DNA of 47,403 nucleotides from Intoshia linei (Eukaryota > Animalia > Orthonectida). The position numbers and the translations under genes are program-made. Of the stretch, positions 12,837 through 26,273 are shown piece after piece. Under the pieces are notes generated by a model. The model ran no database searches, was not told the DNA's origin, and saw nothing but the letters and a program-made list of their open reading frames with translations. How positions within the stretch are numbered: position 1 is the first letter of the stretch; each line of letters opens with the position of its first letter. The stretch lies in contig LWCA01000157.1 of the NCBI GenBank assembly GCA_001642005.1, positions 1 through 47,403 on the forward strand, read 5' to 3'.

Positions 12837-14579
12837 TCACAATTCATCTTTATAATCCATATAAATTAACGTGTTAGTATATTCAGTATCACTGTAATAG
12901 TCTTCATCGTGTGTATAATGAGTAGGTTCAATAAGAGTAGGTTCAATGGATAGAGCAATAAAATTGTCGTTGTAAAAATGTTGATACGCATAATATAGAC
13001 TACTGGATTTGTACATTATCGGCAGAAACTCATCTATGGGTATAATGTTTGATAAAGGTTGAGAGTTGATTAACTTTCTGGCACCTCTGTTACTTAAAAT
13101 GTATCCGATAGTCCAATGTGAGTAATTTGGATAAACAAAAAACTGGCTATTTGATACTTTATATTCCTCAAATTCCATCAAATTTTTGCGACCAATATAA
13201 ATCATATCCCAAGGAATCGTCAATGTAGCCAATTCACTCAAAGCATCCTTTAAAATATTTGTAAAATAAGCATGAAATCGAATATCATCCTCTAAAATGA
13301 GAACCATTTTATACTTGTTAATGATTGTCTTTGTCCATATATCAAAATGACTAATAAAACAAGCAACCTCACCCATATTCATTTTCCGGCCACTCAAAGG
13401 ACACCTGTAACCATTCATCACATTTATATTGAGTCGATGTAGCGTTTCATTGTTGATGTCGTTAGCATCATGCGCTTTGAACCATTTTACCTTTAACGAC
13501 AAAATTTCAAAATTTTTCATCATTTTATCATGGCGTTCTTTTCTCCTTTCAAGGTTGATGAAATAAATTTTATCGAACCCGATGCTGTCTACAATGTGGG
13601 GTATTTGTAGTGTCTTGTCGTGAACTAAACTGTCATGATAATTATTAATTTCCAATAATGCTTGCTTGAATAAAGATTTTTTATCAATTTGATTGAAAAT
13701 TGAACTTTTTACAGGAATTATATACCCGTAAAATTCAAAATTAAAAATATAAGGTTTTATACCCAATGTATACATTTGGTACAGAAATACAAAACGGTCT
13801 TCTGTCCATCCTTGGTCGTTATTATGAAGATTGAAAAAATTTGAATATGGTTCATTTCTTTGTAAATTTATAAAATAAAGAGAATGCAATATAGGACAGG
13901 AAAATATTCCATTTGATTGTCTCGTTAATATTTGGTCAAAATCTGGTGGAATAATGATAGATTTATCATCTTCAATGCAATTGCTATATTTATAATCCGA
14001 ATCCACTGTATTACCGGAAAATGCAAAATCTAACATTGGCGCAAACCATGTCATATTTTCATATTGTAGTGACATTTCAATTGTTTTTTTATTTACTAGC
14101 AATACATCGCCTTCCATAAACATTATACATTTACAATTTTTGTTTAGAGCCATTTTCATTGCTGTTTTTCGCATTTCCAAGATTAACTTGTATACTAGAT
14201 TAAAATTTATACGGTCTCCATATTCTTCAAATGTTACATTTCCTTTCCCCCAGTTTCCCAATTCATCGTAATTTACTCTTCGTTCAGTCATGTAGATTCC
14301 ACGAAACTCACTTGCATTTAACCATTTTTTCAAGCGGTCCACATTGTCATTTTCTTTTAGAGTTATGTATCCTATCCATAAATGAATATTTTCTTTATCA
14401 ATGTTTTGATTTTGCAATATTGGAAATGTGTAATCCAGTCCATAGTCATTTTCATTTTCTATTAAAAATATAGATATTTGCAAAAGGCATTCAGTTGATC
14501 CAATTCTTTCAAATACAGTTTTTAGTTCGATTACAATTGATACCACCAAAATTAATAAAATTATTAATATTTTTGTCAT
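12837..14579 (-). CDS. Procollagen galactosyltransferase (COLGALT/GLT25D family, GT25), 580 aa, single coding exon
   Basis: N-terminal signal peptide. C-terminal GT25 motifs GFDKIYFINLERRKER, GEVACFISH, LILEDDIRF, WDMIYIGRK, YSHWTIGY and EPTHY..YYSDTE. Ends in the ER-retention signal KDEL. Confidence 0.93.
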   Translation of the reverse strand: MTKILIILLILVVSIVIELKTVFERIGSTECLLQISIFLIENENDYGLDYTFPILQNQNIDKENIHLWIGYITLKENDNVDRLKKWLNASEFRGIYMTERRVNYDELGNWGKGNVTFEEYGDRINFNLVYKLILEMRKTAMKMALNKNCKCIMFMEGDVLLVNKKTIEMSLQYENMTWFAPMLDFAFSGNTVDSDYKYSNCIEDDKSIIIPPDFDQILTRQSNGIFSCPILHSLYFINLQRNEPYSNFFNLHNNDQGWTEDRFVFLYQMYTLGIKPYIFNFEFYGYIIPVKSSIFNQIDKKSLFKQALLEINNYHDSLVHDKTLQIPHIVDSIGFDKIYFINLERRKERHDKMMKNFEILSLKVKWFKAHDANDINNETLHRLNINVMNGYRCPLSGRKMNMGEVACFISHFDIWTKTIINKYKMVLILEDDIRFHAYFTNILKDALSELATLTIPWDMIYIGRKNLMEFEEYKVSNSQFFVYPNYSHWTIGYILSNRGARKLINSQPLSNIIPIDEFLPIMYKSSSLYYAYQHFYNDNFIALSIEPTLIEPTHYTHDEDYYSDTEYTNTLIYMDYKDEL

Positions 14580-14682
14580 TGCAGTGATATCTAGTAAACA
14601 TATCTTTAGTGTTTAGATTCCATGGTTACCTTATTATTGTTACTAACAAAAAATTATTGTTTTTCGAAAATATATTACATAA

Positions 14683-15420
14683 AATAATTTTTGCTAAAAT
14701 GGGATTTTTCATAAAATATTGATAAAAACTGTTTTTTTCCTTAAGACAACACTTCAGTGTTGAGTGCAATACCTACCGTACAGACAATCATATTTGGCCT
14801 CATTTTTCCAAATTGAGCATTAAGAAAATTATATCAACTACTGTATTTTGTGTTAAATTTAGAATGTCAAGTCAAGGTGCCTAGAAAAATCATTCGGATA
14901 GAGATAGGAAGCATTTACTGTTCGAAGGCACCACTAACGTCCCAAAAAAATTTAAGGTCGCATCTTTCTTTCATTCTAAATAAAATTTAATTAAATACAG
15001 TAGTGCTTCTCATGGGGTTGACTGGTCACCTCAAGAGGTGTATACGAAAATTTTGGATTGGGGTGAATGATAAATTTTTAGCATATTGTATTCAATTTAG
15101 TACAATTTTATCAAAAAAAAACAAAAATTTTACCAACCCTTAAAGAAAAAATCCCTCTATCTGATCAAAAAATAAAAAATCCTAAATTTACCAACCCTTA
15201 AGGAAAAAAACAGTTTTATCGATATTTTATGAAAAATTCCATTTTACCAAAAATTAGTTTAAAAATAATAAATAAATAAAATAATTTTAAATAAAAAATA
15301 TTTCTAATTTTTCAGAAGGCCGCACTTTCTTCATCTCTGAGTTATGGTATATGACACTATGTATCGTTTGTGAAAAATTTTTATTTTCGGATGACCTCTA
15401 GCTGAGTAGGTTCGGATCTG
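14683..15420. mobile_element. Interleaved MITE remnants upstream of COLGALT
   Basis: About 60-bp imperfect inverted repeat (14683-14745 vs 15197-15258; related copy at ~11965-12000). It overlaps a family-1 MITE running from ~14762 to GTAGGTTCGGATCTG at 15420. Confidence 0.5.
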
Positions 15421-15770
15421 CATTAAGAGTAAAAATTTTTATTAGACAAATCCATTTTGCACGTAAATGCCTTTTTCATTTTAAAATTTTTAAATCGGTT
15501 AATTTTTACCCTGCAAAATGCAATTATTGAACGTTAACCCAAAATTTTTTAAAAGATTATATATTACGAAATCGACTAGTAATTTTGCGAAAATGTCAAG
15601 ATTTAATCTCGTTCATTCAAATTAGACAAACAATATTTTACTACCATGAATTTAAAGAAAAAAACAAAAATATTCGATAAAATGGTAACAAATGAATTTA
15701 TTTACAAATAATAAATATGGGATCAATAAAAAATATACAAACAAAACATGAAATAAATATGGTTATCACA

Positions 15771-17269
15771 TTATGAATCGGTAATGTCTGGTGACATTTT
15801 TTCACCATAAGAATAGTTATCAAAACTTTTTTCTAGTGCTGCCAATTCAGTATCAATATCACTCATTATTACACCCCTTTCTGCCTTTGAAAGCATATCG
15901 GTATTAAGTTGAAAATTTTTGGATTCCAATATTTTAACTAAATTATAATAGTAATAAAAAAGTTTATCTAAAATAAAAGTTAACTATTGGTAAAGTTTTC
16001 TAATTATTAGACTAATATAAAAATTCAAATAACATTACACATTGTATCAAATATTTCCAACATGTTAATTTAACAGTCATACCATCACAGAATTAGAAAA
16101 GAAAATACTGATTTATTTACAATTTTATTTTTCAGAATGTAAGTTATTTATGACAATTTTTAGGATTTTACTGTTTTTACTTTATTTTTAACATTATACA
16201 CTGTATTATATTATACATTATATAATATACAGTCATTCTCACTAATAAATTAAAAAAACGGGATTACAAAATTGTTTTAAAATTCTGCACACAAATGTTA
16301 ACAAAAAAATTAAATTGTAATAATTCACTTTAATAATAAAAAGGTAATGTGAAGTGATCGGTCAATGGTGAACCAAGTTTGGGGACCACTCCTTTAAAGG
16401 ATTGGTAATAGTAAATAGCATAGTTTATAAGTAACATTTTATTTTTTGGGTAAAATTTAAAAAGTTCACCCTCGACAGAGCTATCTACTGTTTGTACAAA
16501 GTACATAACAGTCAATCTAGTTTATAAATGTAATAATAATAAATATATAAAAAACTACGATTCTATAATAACCATTAAAGTATCTGGAAATGTTTGGTTA
16601 AGTTTGATAAATATTTGCGTGGGATAAGTATTCTTTAGTTTAAAAGTTGAATCAGTTTTTACAAAAAATGTATTAATTTTAGGCATTTTCTTTTATACTC
16701 GTGATTTGATATTCATTACATCAAAATAAAACACCTTTCCTATAAATTTCAGCATTGCCTTTCGCTAATGTTTCAATGTCAGTAGTATGATTCAAAATTT
16801 TCTGAGATAAGGATTTCATATAATCATATGCCGACTGTAAAACTTCGGCACGCGACGTCTATAATTGTATACATTATATTACATTATACAATTTTCAATA
16901 ACTCTTTGATTATTAATATTGGGTATCGCCATTTGGAGCATTTTAAAGTTATCTTTAATGAGATCTCGTCTCCGCCGTTCTAATGCGTTGTGATGTTGTC
17001 GCTTTTCTTCCTAGACATAAATAAAAATGATATAATACATACTGTATTACTTGAGTTAAAGTAATTTCTTTGTCGTTTTTTTCAGATTCATCTTTTGGAT
17101 TCTTCATCTAAATTGGAATGTTAATTAATTTTATTTTAAACCAACTTCACATATTGAATCTTCTAATTTTGCCCTTTTATTTGGCACAATTTTTTCGTCT
17201 TCTAATGTCTAAAATACTAATTTCTAGTAATTTTAGGTTATTTACATCTGAATCGTAATTTTCCGACAT
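15771..17269 (-). CDS. MAX: MAX bHLH-Zip transcription factor; 6 exons
   Basis: Spliced product MSENYDSD..EEKRQHHNALERRRRDLIKDNF..AIP..TSRAEVLQSAYDYM..HTTDIETLAKGNAEIYRKVKILES.. matches the MAX basic-HLH-zipper. All introns are GT-AG and the phases are consistent. Confidence 0.9.
16380..16520 (+). mobile_element. Helitron 3' end (variant body) in the last MAX intron
   Basis: Hairpin CTGTTTGTAC-AAA-GTACATAACAG followed by CTAG|T at 16517-16521. The body ACCACTCCTTTAAA..GGATTG is shared with 24661-24797. Confidence 0.65.
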
Positions 17270-17559
17270 AATTTTAGTTAATTTAATTAATTATCGAAAT
17301 TAATTGCACGCGTAACTGGTTATTTTATACTGGTATTTCCATTTTGATAAAAATTAATTATTAACTTTATTTGAACTGTTTTTTTTATTAGTTTCCAAGA
17401 TTATTTTAGAAATTTACGTACATTTTTTTAAGCTTGAGTATTTAACCTATTTTTGAACATTTTGTTTTTAATTTTGATTAATATTTCAGATAGAATTCAA
17501 TCGATAACCAATATATAATTTAAATCTAGATATATTACTTACTGTCGCATCGTATTGTT

Positions 17560-18965
17560 ATGCTTTATTAAAATAACTGCCGTCTTAGAATTTTTTAAAG
17601 ACCACATTTTAATTACATTTTTTTCCGGGACGTATAATAAGATAAATTTCAACCTCCCAATTTCACATCTTACAGGTCAAACCCTGTTGTCTCTCTTTTT
17701 GAAGAGCAAACGAGTTGGAGAATTTAAAAAAATATATCAATTGTCCTTCTTTTTGAAATCAAACGAGTTGGAGAATTTAAAAAAAGTATAGTTTTTTTCG
17801 GGACATATAATAAGATAAATTTCAACCTCCCAATTTCACATCTTACGGGTCAAAAACCCCAGTTGTCTTTCTTTTTGAAAATCAAGAGTTGGAGAATTTA
17901 AAAAAATATATACGCTGATGCGGATTTTAAAATCATGAACATTATCATAAATTTCAATTCAAAAAAATTATATCTTCAGGGCCAAAACCACAAATGACCC
18001 TTTTTTTATATGAAAACAGCCCTAGAATTTAAAAAAATTTACAGGTGGTACAGTTGTAAAAAAATTTCAATCTGAATAAGTGATGACTTCACAGTCAAAA
18101 AAGCATTTTAGAATTCATATTTTTTTTTCCGAAATATTTAATTAAAACAAAAAATGTGAAATAATTAACGGTCCGAAAATTAAAAAAAAAAATCATTCTG
18201 ATAGAGCTTATTCTAGTTGATATAAATACAAAATTTTAACCCCAGAAATGTACGCTATCCCGGTGATAAAATAATTTTTAATATAAAACCAATATTTTTG
18301 AAAATTTTGGATTAAAATTAAAAATAATAATTTTACAATTAAAAAAAAAAAGTGCTTTGAACATCTACACCAGTGGTTCTCAACCTTTTATACCTCGCGA
18401 CCTCCTAATGAACAACAAAAATTTTTGCGACTTCCTCAATTTATTACGAACAAATGAATTGTTTTCATATTTTAAATATTAACTTTACTTAATTCCATTG
18501 ATCAATTCTTGTATTGTAAAAAAATTTTCGAATGAGATTAAAATAAAAAATTACTTTAAATTAATGTGAAATTTGCTGCTTTAACACAAGGAATTTTTTC
18601 TTTTATTTTTACCTGAAATCCACATTTTGACCCCAGCATAGCTGGTGCACCATCAGTACAGACACCCCATATATTGTTTCAATTTAAATTTCCATCAATA
18701 AAAAAGTCATAAATTTTTTTATAAATATCTATTTTTTGTTGAGTTAACTACAAAATAAAAATTCTTCCTTCATTTCATTTAAATGTTAATTTAAAATATA
18801 CCCCTCAAAAAAATAAATAAATCTAAACAAGTAAATAGTTTATAAAAATTTGCGACCCCTGACAAATTTCACGATCCCCATTGAGAAACTATTGTCTACT
18901 AATTTCCAATAAAAGATATCGGTGAAAATCTCATAAATTGATTCCTTCAGATTTTTTTCATTTTC
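17560..18965 (+). mobile_element. Non-autonomous Helitron family A copy, interrupted by a hAT insertion
   Basis: Near-identical to copies at 23187, 28176, 30381, 36001, 43136 (-) and 45777. Contains an internal duplication (~17620-17790 / 17791-17910). Confidence 0.75.
18371..18894 (-). mobile_element. Internally deleted Buster-type hAT transposon
   Basis: TIRs CAGTGGTTCTCAACC / TTGAGAAACTATTG. Minus-strand remnants EEFLFC, GVCTDGAPAMLGSKCGFQ and KQQISH* are typical of Buster/ZBED5-like transposases. Target ATCTACAC fits the nnnTAnnn preference. Confidence 0.8.
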
Positions 18966-19142
18966 AAATGTGATTTCCCGGAAATTTTCACATTTATATA
19001 CATTTTAGATAAGCACTACATATAACTACAGCCTGTCCCGGTTTGGAGCAAACCTGGGAAGCTGCCACCCTCGCTTATTGAACATTTTTTCTATATCGTG
19101 TTAGTTTCATGGGATTTTGTTCTATTTCCTATATATTAGGGT

Positions 19143-21525
19143 CAAATAGACCTCGTTTTTGGGGCATTGTATTTTTTTACAAAAAGTACAAATACTAGTA
19201 CAGTTAAACCTCAATTTGACCAACACTTTATTTAACAAACAACATGATAAACCTATATTTTAATAAACAAACAAAATATTAATAATTTATGGTTATACTG
19301 GTACTATAAAAAAATTAAATTTATTAACGAACAAACTTCTTCAAAAGTTAAAACAAAAATTATTTTATTTTAAAACGATTTTAAACATCATGTATACATG
19401 CAATGATGCCATAATAACCTTATTGATCACCATAATATTATTGTATCCTATTATGACTGGTGTTTGGCGAAATGATCCAAAATAATGGATAAAAATTCAT
19501 ATTGAAATTAAATTAAAACTGAATTTTTCGAGATAAATATTACTGTAAGCAAATAATATTTTACGATTACATCTTTTTTTAAGAATAAATATAAAATCTA
19601 ATACGATGCTAAGGAGAAACAATTAAAAAAAATAGAAAAATTCATACTTTAGAAGAAAAGATAGAGGTTATAAATTTTTCTGAAATGAATAGTGCAAAAT
19701 ATACTCAAAGAGAACTTAGAATTAAATTTGGCATGCCTCTTGCTGTGATTAATAAAATTTTAAAGAATAGAGACTCTTTAAAACAGATGGGATTAAGGAC
19801 AAACGCATGTTAGTTAATTTTGCAACGGCTGAAATCGACAAACTAATATATGAGTGGTTTGTTCGAAAGAGATGGAAAAATTTTATTATTTCAGGAAATA
19901 TGATTCAAACAATGGCTCTTAAAATCTAGAAACGGCTAAAAAACCCAATTTCAGAGCTTCAAATGGTTGGTTTTCCTGTTTTCAAAAATTTCATAATATT
20001 CGTTCTCATGTTATTAGTGGTGAGGCAGGTCTTGTTAATACAAGTAAATTTAAAGCTTTTTCAGGATTAAAGAGAAATATAGTCCTATGGACATTTATAA
20101 TTGCGATGAGGCAGGCCTGTTTTTCAAAAATTCTAATTCTAGAACATACATTTTATGAAATAGTGATAAATCTTGTGGAAAATAATGGAAAAATCACAGA
20201 TGAATTCCCTACGTATGATGAAAACGATTATAGGGACGATGAATTCATCGATTCTTTGATATCGCCCATATAAGAAGACACCAATCATAAAAACAGCACT
20301 GATTATTCTACCTGTAGTGAAATCGACATAAAAGATGACATTATATCTAGAATGTATTGATAAACTAGAAAAATTCTTTATTTCTGATAACTTGAATGGC
20401 TTAATCGCATTACAAGCGGTAAAAGAAACTACATTAAAAAAAAAGATTCTAAAACAATGTGATTTTTATAAAAAAATAAATTAATTAAAAATAAATTTGT
20501 TTTCATGTAAGTTGCTGTTCGTTAAATTGAGGTTTCACTGTATGTAGCTAAATTAAAAGGCCTAAAAGATAAAAGGTTATCTAAACGAAAACTGTGTGTA
20601 ATGTATGCAACAATTAAAGAAACAATATCTAGAATAAAAACAGAAATTGTACCACGTTTGAGTAATCAAATGATGAATGCTAATTTTGATGAATCAACCA
20701 GTCAACAAGCGGATGTAATTATTTTGTATTTTATTTTGAAGATAATTAAAGATTTTTTTAACCAAATTGTATAAAGAATTATATGAATTTTGGAAAAAAA
20801 AACAAAGAATTTTCCAAAATAAAACAATAAGATAAGCGGTTATTTTAATATAGATTAAATAATTTTTCTCATTTTTTTTATCAGATATTATGTATATGTA
20901 GCAGGCAATTTGAAAATTATAAACTGAAACTGGATTAATTGTCTTTACTTACTAAAGCTTAGTTTAACAAAATCACTTAAACGCATTCATTATTTTCTTA
21001 ATTAATTAATTAATTGAAGTTATTTATTTATTTAGACTACAGACCCAAGTTAAAACTGAAATATTAAGATTAATTTTTTACCTATAAACCATTTTTCAAA
21101 AAATTAAAAAATTCTATGGTGTTTACACCAGAGAATATTTTTTTATCCAATTCAATTATAAATTTTAAATCATTTTTTAATCCCTTATTTTACTCTAATT
21201 AATTAGGTTAAATAGCAGCATGAATAATAATTGATAATTGCAAACTGCCTGTAACGTATACACTAAGATTTTATTGTTTTGTCTCAATATTCCTGCCTCT
21301 ATCAAATTTTCAATTTTATTACTACATTTTTCAATACTATAAAAGTCTATTTTTCAAATAAATGCATTTTTTTTTTTGATGTACCTCATCAACGAATCAT
21401 TATCAACTTTCTTAATTTGATTAAATACTATCATTGTTGAATTAATATAGTAGATGACAGAATTATCACTACCTTTAATTTTGGGGGAATTTTTGAAAAA
21501 AGGTGCCCAAAACGGGGTTATACTG
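19143..21525 (+). mobile_element. Older pogo/Tigger-like element hosting the inner Tigger
   Basis: Imperfect TIRs CAAATAGACCTCGTTTTTGGGGCA / TGCCCAAAACGGGGTTATACTG|TA. With the inner element removed, the residual frame KLKGLKDKRLSKRKLCVMYATIKETISRIK resembles a CENP-B-type HTH. Confidence 0.45.
19201..20540 (+). mobile_element. Degenerate pogo/Tigger DNA transposon
   Basis: TIRs CAGTTAAACCTCAATTT / AAATTGAGGTTTCACTG with TA on both sides. Disrupted transposase motifs TLEEKIEVI, IDKLIYEWF..IISGNMIQTMAL, FRASNGWF..ISGEAG and DIYNCDEAGLFFK. The rest of the DDE domain is deleted. Confidence 0.88.
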
Positions 21526-21769
21526 TATGATTATTTATTTAAATTTTAATCGATCATTGATTTTCAATGTTAACTAATGGCTAATATTCACAAAATAATT
21601 TACAAGTACAACTCTGAAAAGTGACCATGTTTGACAAAATTTTTGATACATTTTTAAAACCAGGTTGACAGTGATACATAACATGAAAAATACTGATACA
21701 ATGTACATTGTACAAACATTTATTTTTATGTATCGCAATAAAACAATTTCTAATGTTGTATGTTGTTTA

Positions 21770-21850
21770 CACTCAAATCTACTATTCATTGCAATTGAGT
21801 CAACACAATCCAGGAATCCATGTTACCTGGTTCATTGACTCTAATTCATT
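21770..21850 (-). mobile_element. RNase H remnant of a retroelement
   Basis: The minus strand reads NQVTWIPGLC*LNCNE*, resembling the WIPGHxGIxGNE RNase H motif. Confidence 0.35.
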
Positions 21851-22135
21851 TATACAACATATAAACTTTTAAAGTTAATGCAAATCAAATAAAATTAAAA
21901 AATTGATAATTTAGTTTTTTAACCAAAATTTAAACCATTTCAAATGTAAAGTTGGTTAGTGTAACATTTCAGTCCAAATTTTAATTTTAGACTAAAATTT
22001 TGCGTGATATATAATGTATGTCAATGCGAAGTATAATAATGCGAATCACTGTTTGATCACAGATCAGTGGTTTGTCATAGAAAATATATACAAATAATAC
22101 AAATTTGTCAATTTTATATAAAAAATATATAAAAC

Positions 22136-23863
<1,728 letters not shown>

Positions 23864-23876
23864 TTAAAATTTTTAT

Positions 23877-24263
23877 TTAATCTTCCTTCAAATTTCTTTT
23901 TTCGTAAAATTCTTTCGCTTCATTGATATCCTATTTTAAATTAATTATTAAATTTTTTTGATTATAAAATCCTATTTGTAATGTATATTATAAAAAAAAT
24001 TAGGATTCACTAAATCCCGGATAAGAATAACTGATTAACAATTTTAATTTCATAATCTTTACCTGTGATAATTCTACTGCTGCTTCTGGAGCGTCCTTTA
24101 CGATCAATGCTCGGTATATCAAAATTATCAAAATAATAACCTATTTAATTTAAAACATTATCCTACAGTATCATTAATACCGCAAACATTATCATAAATA
24201 TCACCTAAAGTGTAATTATATTATTACATTGTAACATATATTTACCAAATTTGCTAGAAACAT
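23877..24263 (-). CDS. DPM3: Dolichol-phosphate mannosyltransferase subunit 3-like, 57 aa, 4 exons
   Basis: Exons 24263-24246, 24204-24181, 24140-24063 and 23930-23877 (all phase 0, GT-AG) give MFLANL-VIFMIMFA-VIILIILIYRALIVKDAPEAAVELSQ-DINEAKEFYEKRNLKED*. This matches the DPM3 C-terminal pattern YRxxxFxDxxEAAxELxxxIxEAK. Confidence 0.72.
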
Positions 24264-24660
24264 TTCAAATTTTATTCAACTGTTATAAAATGAAAAGTTA
24301 TTTATTTTTTAATTTTTTACTGTGATACTTATAATTATTTTGTTTGTATACAAAGTATATTGAAATGTTATTTAATTGTAATAATAGTAATGATGAGCAG
24401 AACTGAACCTACTGTACTCGAAACCCGTTTCGGGTATCATTTTTCTAAAGTCAGCAAAATTTAATATACTCAAATTGATAAGAATGTATTATTCCTGACC
24501 AGTGGTGACTCTTCGTTGAGGGCTGCAGCCCACCAGAATTTTGACCAATATAAAAAAAATTATTTAGAAAATTATAATTTTAGTTAATAAAGTAGAAGCG
24601 TAGAATTTTAAATTCTTCATTTTATTTAATATTTTTCGTGAGGACCACCATATTCCATTA

Positions 24661-24797
24661 ACCACTCCTTTAAACTTTAAAGGATTGATATTAGTGAACA
24701 ATAGTATTTTATGATTGAATTTTTTGATACAATTAAAAAAATGCGCTCTCGGCAGAGCTAGGTGCTGTTTGTATAAAGTACATAACAGTCAACCTAG
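24661..24797 (+). mobile_element. Helitron 3' end (variant body)
   Basis: CTCGGCAGAGCTAGGTG-CTGTTTGTAT-AAA-GTACATAACAG-TCAACCTAG|T, the same terminus as at 16520, 28818 and 43136. Confidence 0.65.
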
Positions 24798-26273
24798 TAA
24801 TAAATAAATTTGATAATAATTGTAATTTACTTGGATATATAAGTAATAATTATACAATGAAAATTAATAATTTGTAGCAAGCAGTACAATTATACTAGGA
24901 TACAATAAATAATAATTAGATTTAATTTTAAAAAATGGAAAGAAAAGGTTCTCTAGGACTGAAAAGCAACAGAAGCATTTACAGTCAAAAAGTTTTAATA
25001 TCAAATTGGTTTTAAATTAATTTTACATTATAAATTATAATCAAGTCGCTCTCAACTAACGCAGCTTTTAGATGGAGTATTTTTACTTTTATTTTTTAAA
25101 CACGCTTAAATTAATTATCTTATCATAATTATCATTACAAGTTAAAGTTAAATTTTTTATTTGTTTGTAAAAAAAATGTATATACACAGTATTATACAGT
25201 ATAGTTTTTATGGTGAAATGATTGTTTCAAAATTGTGTTAATTTTTTTTACTATTCGAATCTTTTTTTGCAAATCAGTTACAAATATTCAAATACAATTC
25301 TGTACTCGAAAAAAATGGTTAGTAATTACAAAATTAATAAAATCCGAAGTAAATAAAAGCTAGTGTTGAGAATCACTGGTACATTTAATTTTATCATTTT
25401 GTAAATAATAAAAATAGGGACCAAACTATACAAGCTGAACCGCGTGACTATGATTTTAGAAAAAGTGATACTAGAGATTTCCATCAATCAACTTATCGAA
25501 ATTTTGGATTTAATGACGCAAAAATGGTATACCAACGAGAGTACATGTATCTTATTGCAAATAATTAATTTTTCCATCACGATACATTACTTATCTATAA
25601 TTATTTACGGTTGATATTTAGGCTTGATCAGTGATGACTGATTTATTAACGTTACTTGAACTATATTTAAGCACATCTTAATTATTTACAACATTCAAGT
25701 ATATATTACATTCCAAAGAGATACAGGTACGACAGAAATCGCAGTACCCTTAAACCCGTTTTAACATAATTTTTCAATTAATTCATTTGTGCATAAAAAA
25801 TGAATTTAATAATTGAGAAATCTCAATATAATTAAATGTAGTTAAATGACACTACATACAACTCGGATATTAAGACATATGAACCAACAATGTGCAAAAA
25901 AAAGACGAATGTAATTGATGAAATGGCTATAAAGTACATTTACAAAATAACCAAAAATATATAATATACTAATAGAATGATAAATAACAACCAACATAAA
26001 TTAGAATGTTCAGAAATTGAAATAGAAAAAAAACCAATTTCAACTTTTACAGCAGACTACATATACCGAAAAGATTACAGTTTTGACAAAGATAAAGTAA
26101 AAAGCCATACATTTTGATAAACTAAATAAAATTTAGATGTATATTCCAAAATTTAATTGCAATTTAAATGAAAACAAAAGAAAATTATCAAACTTTGTAG
26201 ATACAAGCACTCACAGAAAAAGTGGTTACAACAAATGGCAAGACTTTTAATGTAAAAAATTAAACTTGGTAAA

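Noticed and set aside
14231-14473. 80-aa plus-strand ORF
   Set aside because: Antisense shadow of the COLGALT CDS.
14616-14629. RFX X-box-like GTAACCATGGAATC upstream of COLGALT
   Set aside because: Coincides with a likely splice donor of a 5' UTR intron, which explains it more simply.
16555-16690. 43-codon open frame in the last MAX intron (alternative C-terminus?)
   Set aside because: The available acceptors give immediate stops in the required phase 1.
16740-16830. MAX zipper Asn-to-Ile change (RKNHTH to QKILNH) that might stabilise homodimers
   Set aside because: I recall similar residues in other invertebrate MAX proteins, so it is probably not unusual.
17555-17791. Short ORFs inside the repeat (also 23506, 31085, 32166, 35896, 41781)
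   Set aside because: Chance ORFs in non-coding Helitron copies; frames are not conserved between copies.
22071-22084. Weak X-box-like motif upstream of CAPSL
   Set aside because: Both terminal consensus bases mismatch; not distinguishable from chance.
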